A stretch of 64,000 bases of DNA from Bacillota bacterium (GCA_023400985.1 JAEXEN010000037.1:35118-99117), one strand, 5' to 3'; counted from the stretch's first letter, positions 35,675 to 44,891 are shown. The notes: generated by a model not told the origin, from the letters alone. Numbers and translations are program-made.

Positions 35675-37300
35675 CTATTCCTCGATCCATGCCTGCCACA
35701 CATCGCCGCGGAGGTTTTGTACAGTGCAGAACTCATGGTTTTTGATTTCGGGACGTACAAAACTTATGCCCTGCGTAACAAGCACGGTCTTGCAAAGTAT
35801 ATCCTGATCAAACACGATGGAGGCTACGTTCTTCGCATGCTCTATTATCTCATCTTCCGTCGCAGAGGTAGAAATGGCACGCGCCTCCGTGTTGAGTTCT
35901 TCGGAGATCACGAATGCATTCATGCCAAGACCAAATGCGATATCGTTGATGAAAGTAGTGGTATACTGGGACGCGGCGCCCGGTTCAAAGCCCATCATAT
36001 GTAGCAACATCCCCTGTTCCCAGCCGCCGATATAGTTTACGTAGGCAGCGCCTTCGATGGGTTGCAGCGTTACATTGATATTGATGGCAGCAAGCTGCTG
36101 CTGAACCATCTGCGCGACGTTGCCAATCAGAACGCCGCTCGCATACGTGAGGGTGGTGCTGAATCCATCGGAATAACCGGCCTGCGCGAGCAATTCTTTT
36201 GCCTTGGTGAGGTCATAGGGCTGCGCCTGCACGTTCGCGTTATAAAACGAGGTATCAGGAAGAGCCCATTGATTGGTCTTGAGTGCATAGCCGTAGGTAA
36301 GCGTGTCGAGGATGCTCTGCGTATCTATGGCATAGCTTGCCGCCTCGCGCACCAATTTGTTGGAGAATGGATCATTTGTATCTTTCATATTGAAGCAAAG
36401 GGTGTAGGCATAGCTCGGCAGAACAACGCTGGCCTTCTGAAGCTCAGAGTTGGAACTGAGTTGCTGCACAAGGCTATAGTTTTCGGTGACCATTGCATCA
36501 ATCTCACCGGTCTGTAGCGCCGTAGCGGCAACAAGCTCTTCGGCATAGTACACGATATCAACGCCTTCCAGATTCACTTCGCCACGCCAATAAGCGTCGT
36601 TGCGCGCAAGTTTCATACTCACATCGGCTGTAAACTCCTCAATGGTGAATGGGCCGGTGCCGACAGGATTGGTCTTAAGCCATTCTTCACCATTTTTGTC
36701 GTAAGCTTCCTTGCTGGCTACAAGCACCGTGCGGCAGAGAGAGTAATCGAACAGCGCGTCCCAAGAAGTGAAATGGCATACGACAGTCTTCTCGTCCACG
36801 GCTTCTGCGTGATCATAGTTGATGAAGAAAGAGCTCGAGAGGATACCGTTAGCTTTGTAGAAATCAAGATTCCAAACCAATGCTTCCGCATTGAGAGGGC
36901 TGCCATCGGTGAAGGTGATACCGTCACGAATCTTAAGCGTCCAAGTAAGGGCTTGCGCATCCGGCGTCATGCTCTCTACAAGGAAGGGCTCGGGCGTACC
37001 ATCCTTACCGTAACGCATGATTGGCTCATACCAATAGCCTTGGAATGCAACGGCCATGGTACCGCGAATTTCGTACCACGAAAGCGTAGTGGGCATAGCG
37101 GCGGAAACAACGAGCGTTCCACCCTTTACCGGCTGCCCGTCCGTAGGTGCGGGGGCGTCCGTGCTGACGGGAGCCTGTGTTTGCGGCGTATTCGTATCAT
37201 TGCTGCCGCTAGGCTCATTGGGCGTCGTGCTGCATGCTGCGAGAGAAAAAACCATCAGCACAGCCATTGTCAACCACAAATGTTTCCTGAAGGTCTTCAT
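35675..37300 (-). CDS. ABC transporter substrate-binding lipoprotein, family 5 (peptide/opine/nickel type)
   Basis: Start at ATG 37300 (MKTFRKHLWLTMAVLMVFSLAACS, with a lipobox) and SD AGGAGG. Length and pattern are those of SBP_bac_5 proteins. Confidence 0.9.
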   Translation of the reverse strand: MKTFRKHLWLTMAVLMVFSLAACSTTPNEPSGSNDTNTPQTQAPVSTDAPAPTDGQPVKGGTLVVSAAMPTTLSWYEIRGTMAVAFQGYWYEPIMRYGKDGTPEPFLVESMTPDAQALTWTLKIRDGITFTDGSPLNAEALVWNLDFYKANGILSSSFFINYDHAEAVDEKTVVCHFTSWDALFDYSLCRTVLVASKEAYDKNGEEWLKTNPVGTGPFTIEEFTADVSMKLARNDAYWRGEVNLEGVDIVYYAEELVAATALQTGEIDAMVTENYSLVQQLSSNSELQKASVVLPSYAYTLCFNMKDTNDPFSNKLVREAASYAIDTQSILDTLTYGYALKTNQWALPDTSFYNANVQAQPYDLTKAKELLAQAGYSDGFSTTLTYASGVLIGNVAQMVQQQLAAININVTLQPIEGAAYVNYIGGWEQGMLLHMMGFEPGAASQYTTTFINDIAFGLGMNAFVISEELNTEARAISTSATEDEIIEHAKNVASIVFDQDILCKTVLVTQGISFVRPEIKNHEFCTVQNLRGDVWQAWIEE

Positions 37301-37364
37301 ATGCGCTTTTCCTCCTAAAAAGTGTAGAGTGGATATGGTAAGTTGGCTTTCCAACCGTTACCCG

Positions 37365-38309
37365 TTATTCGGGAATCTTTCCAAGATATGGGTGGTTCAG
37401 CCCTTTCCAGTATTTCGCTTCGCGCTCAAACCAAACGTCATCTTGCTCCATATGGAAAGACTTTTCCCATTCTTCCTTGCTCATGCCGAAATCGTTGGAG
37501 TCGGCATACACCGTGCTTTTGTCCTTCAAGACGCGTTCACCGACCTCTATCATCCGGTAAGTTGCCCCCTTTTGCAACTGATGCGCCGTAATGAAGTTGA
37601 AGCCCAGTTCCGCAAGATCATCCATTTCAACGTCAGGCACGCCGCCGGGAGCCATCACATCAGGCCACATTTTCCAGCCCTTTACATATTTGGCTACTTG
37701 TTTGGCATGGTCGAGCGTCATAAGACCAATCACAAGCGTCATTTCCGCGCCAAGCTCTTCGGCGCGTATGCAACGCTCAATGGCCTCATCAAGCCCTTCC
37801 TGCAAAGCGCACTCGGTACGAGCGATCAGCATGCAATCGGTTCCACTGCATGCATCCAAGGCCGCGCGTGTTTTCGCAAGAAATACATCGCGCGAAACCA
37901 CGGGGTGGTGGATCTGGCCGAAGGGCTTTCCGCCGCGCAGTTCCATGCCCCAACGGTTGTAGCCGCGTACGCCGGTCGTATCATCAAGCGTCAAAGACAT
38001 TGCACCAGCCTCGGCTAAACGGCGCGTGGTGCGATAGGCGTGAAGGGGCGTTTCTCCAAACCCGTCGTCCGCATCAATGCAACAGGGCAGCGGCGACGCG
38101 GTGCATACTTCTTTCGTCACGCGTACAAGGTCATCCGCCGTAACGAGCCCGATATCGGGCGTAGCGCAGTTTCCAGCCACGACACCACCAGAAAGAAGTG
38201 TTGCTTCAAACCCGGCAATTTCAGCCGCCTTCGCAGACATTACATTCCATACGATCGGCGCAAAAATTTGTTTTTGCGCGACCAGCTCCTTAAGTGTTTT
38301 TCTTTCCAT
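37365..38309 (-). CDS. Isocitrate lyase/PEP mutase-superfamily protein, divergent subfamily (paralog B)
   Basis: N-terminal family pattern (SAKAAEIAGFEATLLSGG...PDIGLVTADDL...LPCCIDADDGFGE, ARTE...GLDEAIERC...ELGAEM). The K[KR]CGH loop is replaced by LDDTTGVRGYNRWGMELRGG. Confidence 0.8.
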   Translation of the reverse strand: MERKTLKELVAQKQIFAPIVWNVMSAKAAEIAGFEATLLSGGVVAGNCATPDIGLVTADDLVRVTKEVCTASPLPCCIDADDGFGETPLHAYRTTRRLAEAGAMSLTLDDTTGVRGYNRWGMELRGGKPFGQIHHPVVSRDVFLAKTRAALDACSGTDCMLIARTECALQEGLDEAIERCIRAEELGAEMTLVIGLMTLDHAKQVAKYVKGWKMWPDVMAPGGVPDVEMDDLAELGFNFITAHQLQKGATYRMIEVGERVLKDKSTVYADSNDFGMSKEEWEKSFHMEQDDVWFEREAKYWKGLNHPYLGKIPE

Positions 38310-38356
38310 CTACGCACCCTCCATATCCATTCGTCGTAATTGTCTGCGGCAGCAGT

Positions 38357-39319
38357 CTATTTTTCTCCAGGCAAACTTTCCCACAGATGGGGCTCCATTG
38401 ACAGCCAGCGATCCTGCTTTACCGTTCCCTCGCGCGGCTTACGCGCGGTGCCGAGCGGTGTGATGATCAACTGATCGTCGTTTAAACCCATCCGATGCAT
38501 ATCGTGGTAAGCCATGCTACGCTCCTGCAAGCAATGTTTCCCGAAATCGACCATGCCTGCAATCGCAGCCTTTTCCAAGATGTGCATCGTCACAAAATTG
38601 AAGCCAAGCTTTTCGATATCTTCAAGCTTCACATCGGGAACGCCATCGGTGCTCCCCACATCCGGCCACATTTTCCAGCCCGGAACATTCTCGGAGACTT
38701 TCTTTGCCTCTTCAATATTCATAAGGCCAATGATAAGCGTCATTTCCGCGCCAAGCTCGCGCGCAAGAAGACAGCGCTCGATCGCTTCATCAAGACCGTC
38801 TTGCAGCTTGCATTCGGTACGTGCGATCAGCATGCAATCCGTACCCGCGCATGCTTCCAGAGCAGCCTTCGTTTTTGCAAGCCATAGCTTACGCGAAACG
38901 GTAGGATGTGTCATCGTACCGTCTGCTGCCCCGCCGCGAAGCTGCATGCCCCAGCGGTTGTAACCACGATGGCCCGTTGTATCGTCGAGCGTCAGCGACA
39001 TAGCGCCCGCTTCGACTAGGCGGCGCGTGGTGCGATAGGCATGGAGCGGGGTTTCTCCGTAGCCGTCGTCTGCGTCTATACAGCATGGAAGCGGGCTGGC
39101 TTCGCAAACATACTCGGTCGCACGAACCAAATCATCAGCCGTCATAAGCCCGATATCCGGTAGACCACATACCCATTCCGCTAAGGCGCCTCCGGAAAGA
39201 AGCGTGGCCTCGTAACCTGCCTGTTCCGCTGCTTTTGCCGACATAACGTCCCATACGCAGGGAGCGAATACCTGCTTTTTCGCTACGAGTTCACGTAACG
39301 TAGTCCTCTTTTCCTCCAT
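38357..39319 (-). CDS. Isocitrate lyase/PEP mutase-superfamily protein, divergent subfamily (paralog A)
   Basis: Tandem paralog of 37365..38309. The two share long identical runs (SPLPCCIDADDG, GETPLHAYRTTRRL, EAGAMSLTLDDTTG, GTDCMLIARTEC). Their C-terminal ~70 residues differ. Confidence 0.8.
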   Translation of the reverse strand: MEEKRTTLRELVAKKQVFAPCVWDVMSAKAAEQAGYEATLLSGGALAEWVCGLPDIGLMTADDLVRATEYVCEASPLPCCIDADDGYGETPLHAYRTTRRLVEAGAMSLTLDDTTGHRGYNRWGMQLRGGAADGTMTHPTVSRKLWLAKTKAALEACAGTDCMLIARTECKLQDGLDEAIERCLLARELGAEMTLIIGLMNIEEAKKVSENVPGWKMWPDVGSTDGVPDVKLEDIEKLGFNFVTMHILEKAAIAGMVDFGKHCLQERSMAYHDMHRMGLNDDQLIITPLGTARKPREGTVKQDRWLSMEPHLWESLPGEK

Positions 39320-39477
39320 GTTTGACCTCCTTGCATGATTTTCTAAACAAAAGATAATCGAACGAATTCAGGTTTCCGAAAAGGTTCCGCACGGCTAATG
39401 CGCTTATGCGCACCGACGATCAGATCCGAAATATGATCTTTTGATTTTTGAAAGGATGTAATATCTCTGGTTATGGT

Positions 39478-40176
39478 TCAGCAAAACTCGCTTAACCCTT
39501 CTATGGCGTATACCCGAACCGGGCAGGAATCGAGGCCCTTGATGGGCAACGGGGAGAACGAAATAAAGAAAGTATCCGTTTTAAGTTCCTCGAGATTTTT
39601 GAGAACTTCGAGAAAGGTGATGTTTTCCGCCATCAAAATATCGTGGAAGGGCTTCACGTCCTCGTTACGGTTCTCAATGGAAACGCCGTCGCCGAAGCCC
39701 ACGCTTTTCACCTTGCGGTCGCGAAGCCATTTGGCGGTCTCTCCGTTGATGAGAAGGCGCTTATCCTCGGCGGTGTTGGTCTTCTCGGTGAAAGGCGGCA
39801 GCTTATGATGCGAATCGAGGATGATGACGTCCCCTTCTCTGATGCGGCTCCCACAAGCTTCCTCCAGCATGGCGGGCGTGATGTAGGCGTTTTCGGACGC
39901 GTTCTCGATGACCACATACAGCGCCCTGCCCATGAAGTTCGTAATAGGGAGAGCTGAAACGTCCGGCCAGTTGTCGTCATGGTGGTATGGGCATTCACAA
40001 TGCGTGCCCAAGTGGCTCGTGATATCGATGATCGTATGGAAATCGGGTATGGGTCCGCCGGTGTTAAAGCGGAACAGATGGCAGCGCCTCGTTTCCGTTG
40101 CGGGGTCCAAAGGCTTGCTGAGATCTACGACGCGAAGTTTTCCCATTTGATAAGAAGCGGACATACTTGCCTCCAA
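39478..40176 (-). CDS. Cyclase-family (kynurenine formamidase-like) metal-dependent hydrolase
   Basis: HxGTHx(D/E)xPxH-type motif present as SHLGTHCECPYHH. Size is typical for the putative-cyclase family. Confidence 0.78.
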   Translation of the reverse strand: MEASMSASYQMGKLRVVDLSKPLDPATETRRCHLFRFNTGGPIPDFHTIIDITSHLGTHCECPYHHDDNWPDVSALPITNFMGRALYVVIENASENAYITPAMLEEACGSRIREGDVIILDSHHKLPPFTEKTNTAEDKRLLINGETAKWLRDRKVKSVGFGDGVSIENRNEDVKPFHDILMAENITFLEVLKNLEELKTDTFFISFSPLPIKGLDSCPVRVYAIEGLSEFC

Positions 40177-40185
40177 GGTTGAATT

Positions 40186-41097
40186 TTAGCGCCTGTCTTC
40201 GAGGGCATGTATCAGCGCGACTATCATTTCGTGATACGGTACCGGCACGCCGAGCCTTTTCGCCGTCGCCACGACTGCGCCGCTTATCGTGTCCACCTCC
40301 GTGCTTGCCCCGCGCCGGATATCGGCGTAGATGGAGGTGTAACCCTGCCTGGCGCTTGCGAGCACGCCTTCTATGACATCGATTTCAATTTTTGCATCAA
40401 AAATAGCAGAGCCCTCCGCGTTTGCAACCGCCACCGCTTCTTTCACAAGCGAATGCATGATAGATCGGGCATATTTATCTTCTAAAATGAAACCGAGCGG
40501 TACCTGAAGGATCGCGGTCAAAGAGCTTGCCGCCGTATTTAAAAAGAGCTTTTTCCAAATCTTTTCCTTGACGGCGTCGGATACGGAGGTCGGCAAGCCG
40601 CAGGCCGTGAGCGTTTCCGCAATGGGTATCAAGCGTTCGCTGCCGCCGAAAAGAAGACCGATGGTGGTATCTCCCCCGCCGCCGTGCTGCACGGAACCGT
40701 CCGTATTAAGGGAGCTGTTGTGCTGGGTGGTGCCGATGATGACGCGTTCGGCGGGCGCTTGCTTCAAAAGCTTTTGCTCGTGCCCCATGCCGTTCTGAAG
40801 CGTCATCAAATAGGTGTCGGGCCCAATGAGGGCTTTGTTGGTATTGAGCGCCGCTTCGGTAAACATGGCCTTTACGAACACGACCACAAGATCCATATGC
40901 CCCAAGGCGGAAACGTCTGTGACAGCGAGCGGATGGAGCACAACTGGCTTTTCGCCCTCTTTTATCACAACGCCGTTTTGGTTGATCTGCTCCACGCGCA
41001 GGGCATTCACGTCTACCAGCCAAACTTGATTATGTAGCGAAAGATATCCGCCAAACAGCGCACCCATGGCGCCCGCGCCCAAAACTGCAATTTTCAC
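40186..41097 (-). CDS. 2-dehydropantoate 2-reductase (ApbA/PanE) family oxidoreductase
   Basis: N-terminal Rossmann motif MKIAVLGAGAMGALFGGYL and the family's C-terminal helical domain. GTG start. Confidence 0.8.
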   Translation of the reverse strand: MKIAVLGAGAMGALFGGYLSLHNQVWLVDVNALRVEQINQNGVVIKEGEKPVVLHPLAVTDVSALGHMDLVVVFVKAMFTEAALNTNKALIGPDTYLMTLQNGMGHEQKLLKQAPAERVIIGTTQHNSSLNTDGSVQHGGGGDTTIGLLFGGSERLIPIAETLTACGLPTSVSDAVKEKIWKKLFLNTAASSLTAILQVPLGFILEDKYARSIMHSLVKEAVAVANAEGSAIFDAKIEIDVIEGVLASARQGYTSIYADIRRGASTEVDTISGAVVATAKRLGVPVPYHEMIVALIHALEDRR

Positions 41098-41183
41098 CTT
41101 ACCAGCACCCCGACAACTTACTAACTTTTTTGTGAAACTTCAGAAAAACCTAACGGATCGATTCAGGATTTGCGTTAATGTTT

Positions 41184-41229
41184 TGGTATCGTTTGCAATT
41201 ATGCTATCACAGCTCTTTGAGAGATGCAA
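41184..41229 (-). promoter_or_regulatory. Candidate promoter of the 41097<-30204 operon with an overlapping LacI/cre-like operator
   Basis: On the minus strand: -35 TTGCAT (41229-41224), a 17-nt spacer, then -10 TAGCAT (41206-41201). This is followed 4 nt later by TGCAAACGATACCA (41197-41184), which matches TGWAANCGNTNWCA at 12 of 14 positions. Confidence 0.45.
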
Positions 41230-41343
41230 TAGGGTAAATCCAAAATTTTTCTTGATTTTTACAAATTTTAGCAAAATTTAATTGCCATTTTTCGATATTT
41301 TGTTCATTATATACAATATCAATAAAATAAATATCCCGAATAA

Positions 41344-41357
41344 TGGCATCGATTCTA
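41344..41357. promoter_or_regulatory. LacI/cre-like operator-type site 2
   Basis: TGGCATCGATTCTA. It shares the 10-mer ATCGATTCTA with the site at 41571-41584 (opposite orientation). Confidence 0.35.
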
Positions 41358-41536
41358 ATATTTTCAAAATTATATATGCCGCCACGATAGAAAACTTATG
41401 CAAAGCCAATTCGCCTTTCATCCGCCGCAAAAAAAGCCACCGCTCTCGTATGGTTTTTGTGCAAATTGCTCCCTTTCCCCTGCATATGGCGGCAGAAGAT
41501 ATAAATTTATTGTGTAAAGAGGTGCTTTAAATCCGC

Positions 41537-41584
41537 TTGACTTTCAGGAAAAGCTGTGGGAAAATAATTTTAGAATCGATTTCA
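41537..41584 (+). promoter_or_regulatory. Candidate promoter of cupin-lacI with a downstream operator-type site
   Basis: TTGACT (41537-41542), a 17-nt spacer, GAAAAT (41560-41565), then TAGAATCGATTTCA (41571-41584). The reverse complement of that site is TGAAATCGATTCTA. Confidence 0.4.
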
Positions 41585-41682
41585 TGATTTGCTTCTTTAA
41601 ATATTTGCGGTATTGTTTTATATTACAAAAACAAGTGCGCGTTTTTTACAAGGGATAAAACGCACACGCAGGAGGCATGTTT

Positions 41683-42033
41683 ATGGTTCGCAAAGGCAGC
41701 GAAAGAAATATCGAGACCGCAGAACGCAGGTTTGGCGGCGAAGGCTTCGTTACGGTACGGCATTTGATCAACGCCCCCGATGAACTAAACGGCAAGGGCC
41801 GCACGTTTGCCCATACAACGCTTCTCCCCGGGCATTCCATCGGCTTTCACATTCATGAAGGCGAATCGGAGACCTACTACATTTACAGCGGCAAAGGTGA
41901 GTTCAACGACAACGGCGTCATAAAGACCGTAGAAACGGGCGATGTTACCTTTACGCCCCCGGGAACGAGCCATGGCATCAAGAACATCGGCGATACGCCG
42001 CTCGAGATGATCGCGCTTATCCTTTACGCATAA
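41683..42033 (+). CDS. Cupin-domain protein
   Basis: Cupin motifs GHSIGFHIHEGESETYYIYSG and GTSHGIKN. Start placed at the second ATG (41683), 7 nt after GGAGG. Confidence 0.8.
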   Translation: MVRKGSERNIETAERRFGGEGFVTVRHLINAPDELNGKGRTFAHTTLLPGHSIGFHIHEGESETYYIYSGKGEFNDNGVIKTVETGDVTFTPPGTSHGIKNIGDTPLEMIALILYA

Positions 42034-42070
42034 ACACGGTCCTTTCATTATTTTTGCTGAGGTTTTTTGA

Positions 42071-43084
42071 ATGGGTATAGAAGACGCTTCGATCCAGGGG
42101 GCTACAATCTATGACATCGCGTCCGCCGCCGGTGTTTCCCCAAGCACGGTATCACGCGTGATCAACAATAAATCCGGCGTGAAAAAAGCGACGCGCGACC
42201 GCGTCATCAAGTATTTGAATGAATATAACTATTCGCCCAACGAGGCGGCGCGCGGACTTGTGAATCAATCCTCAAAAATGATCGGCATCTTGATCTCGGA
42301 CATGCGCACCACCCACCATACCGACGGCGTATACTTCATCGAGCGCGAGCTTTCCAAGCTCGGCTATTGCTGCATCATCTTCAATACGGGCAGAGAGGAC
42401 GCCGAAAAGTCCGATTATATTCAGATATTGAGCACGCGCCGCGTAGAGGCCGCCGCGCTGATCGGCTCCACGTTCCAGTCGGAAATGATCGCCGAAAGCA
42501 TACGCACCTACATGCCCAACACGCCTGTGATACTGGCCAACGGCTATTTGAACCTGCCCAATGTTTACGGCGTGATTGCCGATGAGCAAAGCGGCGTGGC
42601 TAGCTGTGTGGAGCTGCTTGTCAAAAAAGGGCGCCGCAACCTCGCCTTCATTTTAAACGATGCCACCCCCAGCAATCTCCTCAAGCAAAACGGCTTTTGC
42701 ACGGGAATCGCGCAGCATCTTGGTACGCAACCGCACATCGTACTTGCGGGGATCGGCAAGGACGACGCGTATCGTGCGACCTGCACGCTGATGAAAGAAC
42801 ACCCGAAAACCGACGGCATCGTCTATTCCGAGGATTTGCTTGCCGTGAGCGGTATGCGTGCGCTCAAGTCCATGGGGTACGACGTGCCAAAACACGTTTC
42901 CGTGGTGGGCATCAACAACTCCGCGGTCGCAGAGATATGCACCCCCACCCTAACCTCGCTCGATAATATGTTGTTCGACCTAAGCGTTACGGCGGCACGG
43001 AATCTAATAGACGTTTTACAGGGCAAACACGTCGCACGCAAGGTCATGATACTCTCCACGCTCGTTGAGCGTGAAAGCACCTGA
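42071..43084 (+). CDS. LacI-family transcriptional regulator
   Basis: N-terminal HTH (ATIYDIASAAGVSPSTVSRVINN) plus a periplasmic-binding-like effector domain. Confidence 0.92.
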   Translation: MGIEDASIQGATIYDIASAAGVSPSTVSRVINNKSGVKKATRDRVIKYLNEYNYSPNEAARGLVNQSSKMIGILISDMRTTHHTDGVYFIERELSKLGYCCIIFNTGREDAEKSDYIQILSTRRVEAAALIGSTFQSEMIAESIRTYMPNTPVILANGYLNLPNVYGVIADEQSGVASCVELLVKKGRRNLAFILNDATPSNLLKQNGFCTGIAQHLGTQPHIVLAGIGKDDAYRATCTLMKEHPKTDGIVYSEDLLAVSGMRALKSMGYDVPKHVSVVGINNSAVAEICTPTLTSLDNMLFDLSVTAARNLIDVLQGKHVARKVMILSTLVEREST

Positions 43085-43105
43085 TCCAAATATAAATGTT
43101 CGATC

Positions 43106-43137
43106 GGGGAGGAGGCCGGGATAAGGGTCTCCTCCCC
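43106..43137 (+). terminator. Hairpin after lacI-family gene
   Basis: GGGGAGGAG-N14-CTCCTCCCC, a 9-bp stem. The downstream U-tract is weak (TTCCTC). Confidence 0.45.
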
Positions 43138-43289
43138 TTCCTCTAGGTACAGCCTCCCCTTCCTCACAGCACCGTTGCCACCCCCAGGCTTTTATATTAT
43201 TATAATTATAATATTGAATATTTCAGACCGCATTTCCTTACACCCGTAAGGTGAGGGTTCTATTTCTTTACCTTAGCGAAGGAGTTTTG

Positions 43290-44891
43290 ATGAAAAACTA
43301 CAAAGCCATGATCGTCGACGACGAGGCGGAAGTACGCGAGGGCATCGTCGCCCGGCTCAACTGGGAGGGCCTCGGCTTCGAAGTCGTCGCGGAGGCCGAA
43401 AACGGCCTGGAGGCCATCGAAAAGGCGGAGGCCAACGAGGTGGATCTTCTGCTGACGGATATCAAGATGCCCTTCATGGACGGGCTTTCCATGATCGCAG
43501 AATTTCGCACGCTGCACCCGAGCGCGAAGGTTGTGATCCTCTCCGGCTTCGACGATGCGGACTACGCGCGGCAGGCCATCAAGCTCGGCGTTACGGAATA
43601 CGCTTTAAAGCCCGTCAACGCCGAGGAGCTTACCGCCATGCTCTCGCGCATGAAGGTCCAGCTCGACCGCGAATACGGCGAAAAGCTCGATATTGCCGTC
43701 CTAAAGGAAAAATACAAGCGCGCGCTGCCCGTTATGAAAGAGCGCTTCCTCAACGACCTTCTTTGGCGGCGCATGCCGATAGAAGAGATTTTGGAGGGCG
43801 TTGCCGCCTACGGCATCGAGATCGGTATAGCGGCGGAAAAGCTTGTGCTCGTTTTCGACATCGCGCCGCACGGCGCGCGCAAAGAGCCTTTGGAGGGCGC
43901 CTTGGTGCCCATTTCGGTGGCACAGCTCATCGAGGAAACCTTTGTCGGCCGCTGCCGCACGGCGCTGTGCTCGGGGATATCGCAGCTCGTCGCCGTGACC
44001 GCATGGGAGGGAGCGGATCCCGTAAGCCGCGCAGTGCTTTTGTGCAGCGATATTTCGGCCCGCTGCAAGCGCATTTTGGATGTGCGCGTGACCTGCGGCG
44101 TGAGCAAGCCCTACCTCTCGCTTTCCGACACACCCGAGGCCTACGCGCAAGCGCGCACCGCGCTCGAATACCGCGAGGAGCCGGGCCTGGGGCGCGCCAT
44201 CTACATCGGCGACGCCGAAACCGGCGGCGGGCAGGGCAATATTTTGGACGAACGCAACGAAAGGCTCCTTTTGAGCGCCGTGCGCACGGGAGCTTCTTCG
44301 CATGTGGACGAGGCCGTAAAGGGGCTGATGCAGGTACTCGAAAGCCCTGTGGAGAATGCGTGGCAGAAGCAGGCGCACTTCGTTTCCGTATGCAACGCGC
44401 TCAACCGCATTGTGGTGCGGTACGGCCTTTCGGGGGAAACGGAGCTCACGGAGCGTCTTGCCTCTCGCATCGGCGCCGACCTAAACCCCACGGAGCTTCG
44501 CGCGTGGCTCACGGACGCATGCATTTCCCTGCGCGGCTTCGTGATACGCCGGCGCGAGAGCATGCCGCGGCTCCTTGCCGAAAAAGCCGTGCGCTACATG
44601 GAAGAAAATTACGGTGACGCTTCCCTTTCGGCGGAAAGCGTATGCGAGCACCTGCACGTTTCCCGCTCGTACTTTTTCGAGATATTCAAAAAAGAGACGG
44701 GGCGAAGCTTCGTGCAGTATCTGACGGATGTGCGCATGGAACACGCCGCGGCGCTTCTCCGCGATCCCGAGATGAAGACCATCACCGTGGCCTGCGCCGT
44801 GGGCTACGAGGAACCCAATTATTTTTCACACGTCTTCAAACGGCGCTTCGGCGTGACGCCGGCGCGTTACAGGCGGCAGGATACGGTATGA
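43290..44891 (+). CDS. Two-component response regulator, receiver plus AraC-type HTH (YesN-like)
   Basis: Start at ATG 43290 (MKNYKAMIVDDE) with SD AAGGAG. Receiver motifs (DLLLTDIKMP, KVVILSGF) and a C-terminal AraC HTH (FKKETGRSFVQYLTDVRM...GYEEPNYFSHVFKRRFG). Confidence 0.9.
   Translation: MKNYKAMIVDDEAEVREGIVARLNWEGLGFEVVAEAENGLEAIEKAEANEVDLLLTDIKMPFMDGLSMIAEFRTLHPSAKVVILSGFDDADYARQAIKLGVTEYALKPVNAEELTAMLSRMKVQLDREYGEKLDIAVLKEKYKRALPVMKERFLNDLLWRRMPIEEILEGVAAYGIEIGIAAEKLVLVFDIAPHGARKEPLEGALVPISVAQLIEETFVGRCRTALCSGISQLVAVTAWEGADPVSRAVLLCSDISARCKRILDVRVTCGVSKPYLSLSDTPEAYAQARTALEYREEPGLGRAIYIGDAETGGGQGNILDERNERLLLSAVRTGASSHVDEAVKGLMQVLESPVENAWQKQAHFVSVCNALNRIVVRYGLSGETELTERLASRIGADLNPTELRAWLTDACISLRGFVIRRRESMPRLLAEKAVRYMEENYGDASLSAESVCEHLHVSRSYFFEIFKKETGRSFVQYLTDVRMEHAAALLRDPEMKTITVACAVGYEEPNYFSHVFKRRFGVTPARYRRQDTV

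Noticed and set aside
37365-39319. Phosphonate biosynthetic cluster, suggested by PEP-mutase-superfamily genes.
   Set aside because: Both paralogs lack the EDKxxxxxNS motif diagnostic of true PEP mutases. No phosphonopyruvate decarboxylase or aminotransferase genes are nearby.
41282-41530. 82-aa plus-strand ORF in the AT-rich gap.
   Set aside because: It has no SD and a low-complexity Ile/Asn/Lys-rich translation driven by AT richness. It overlaps the operator-like sites.
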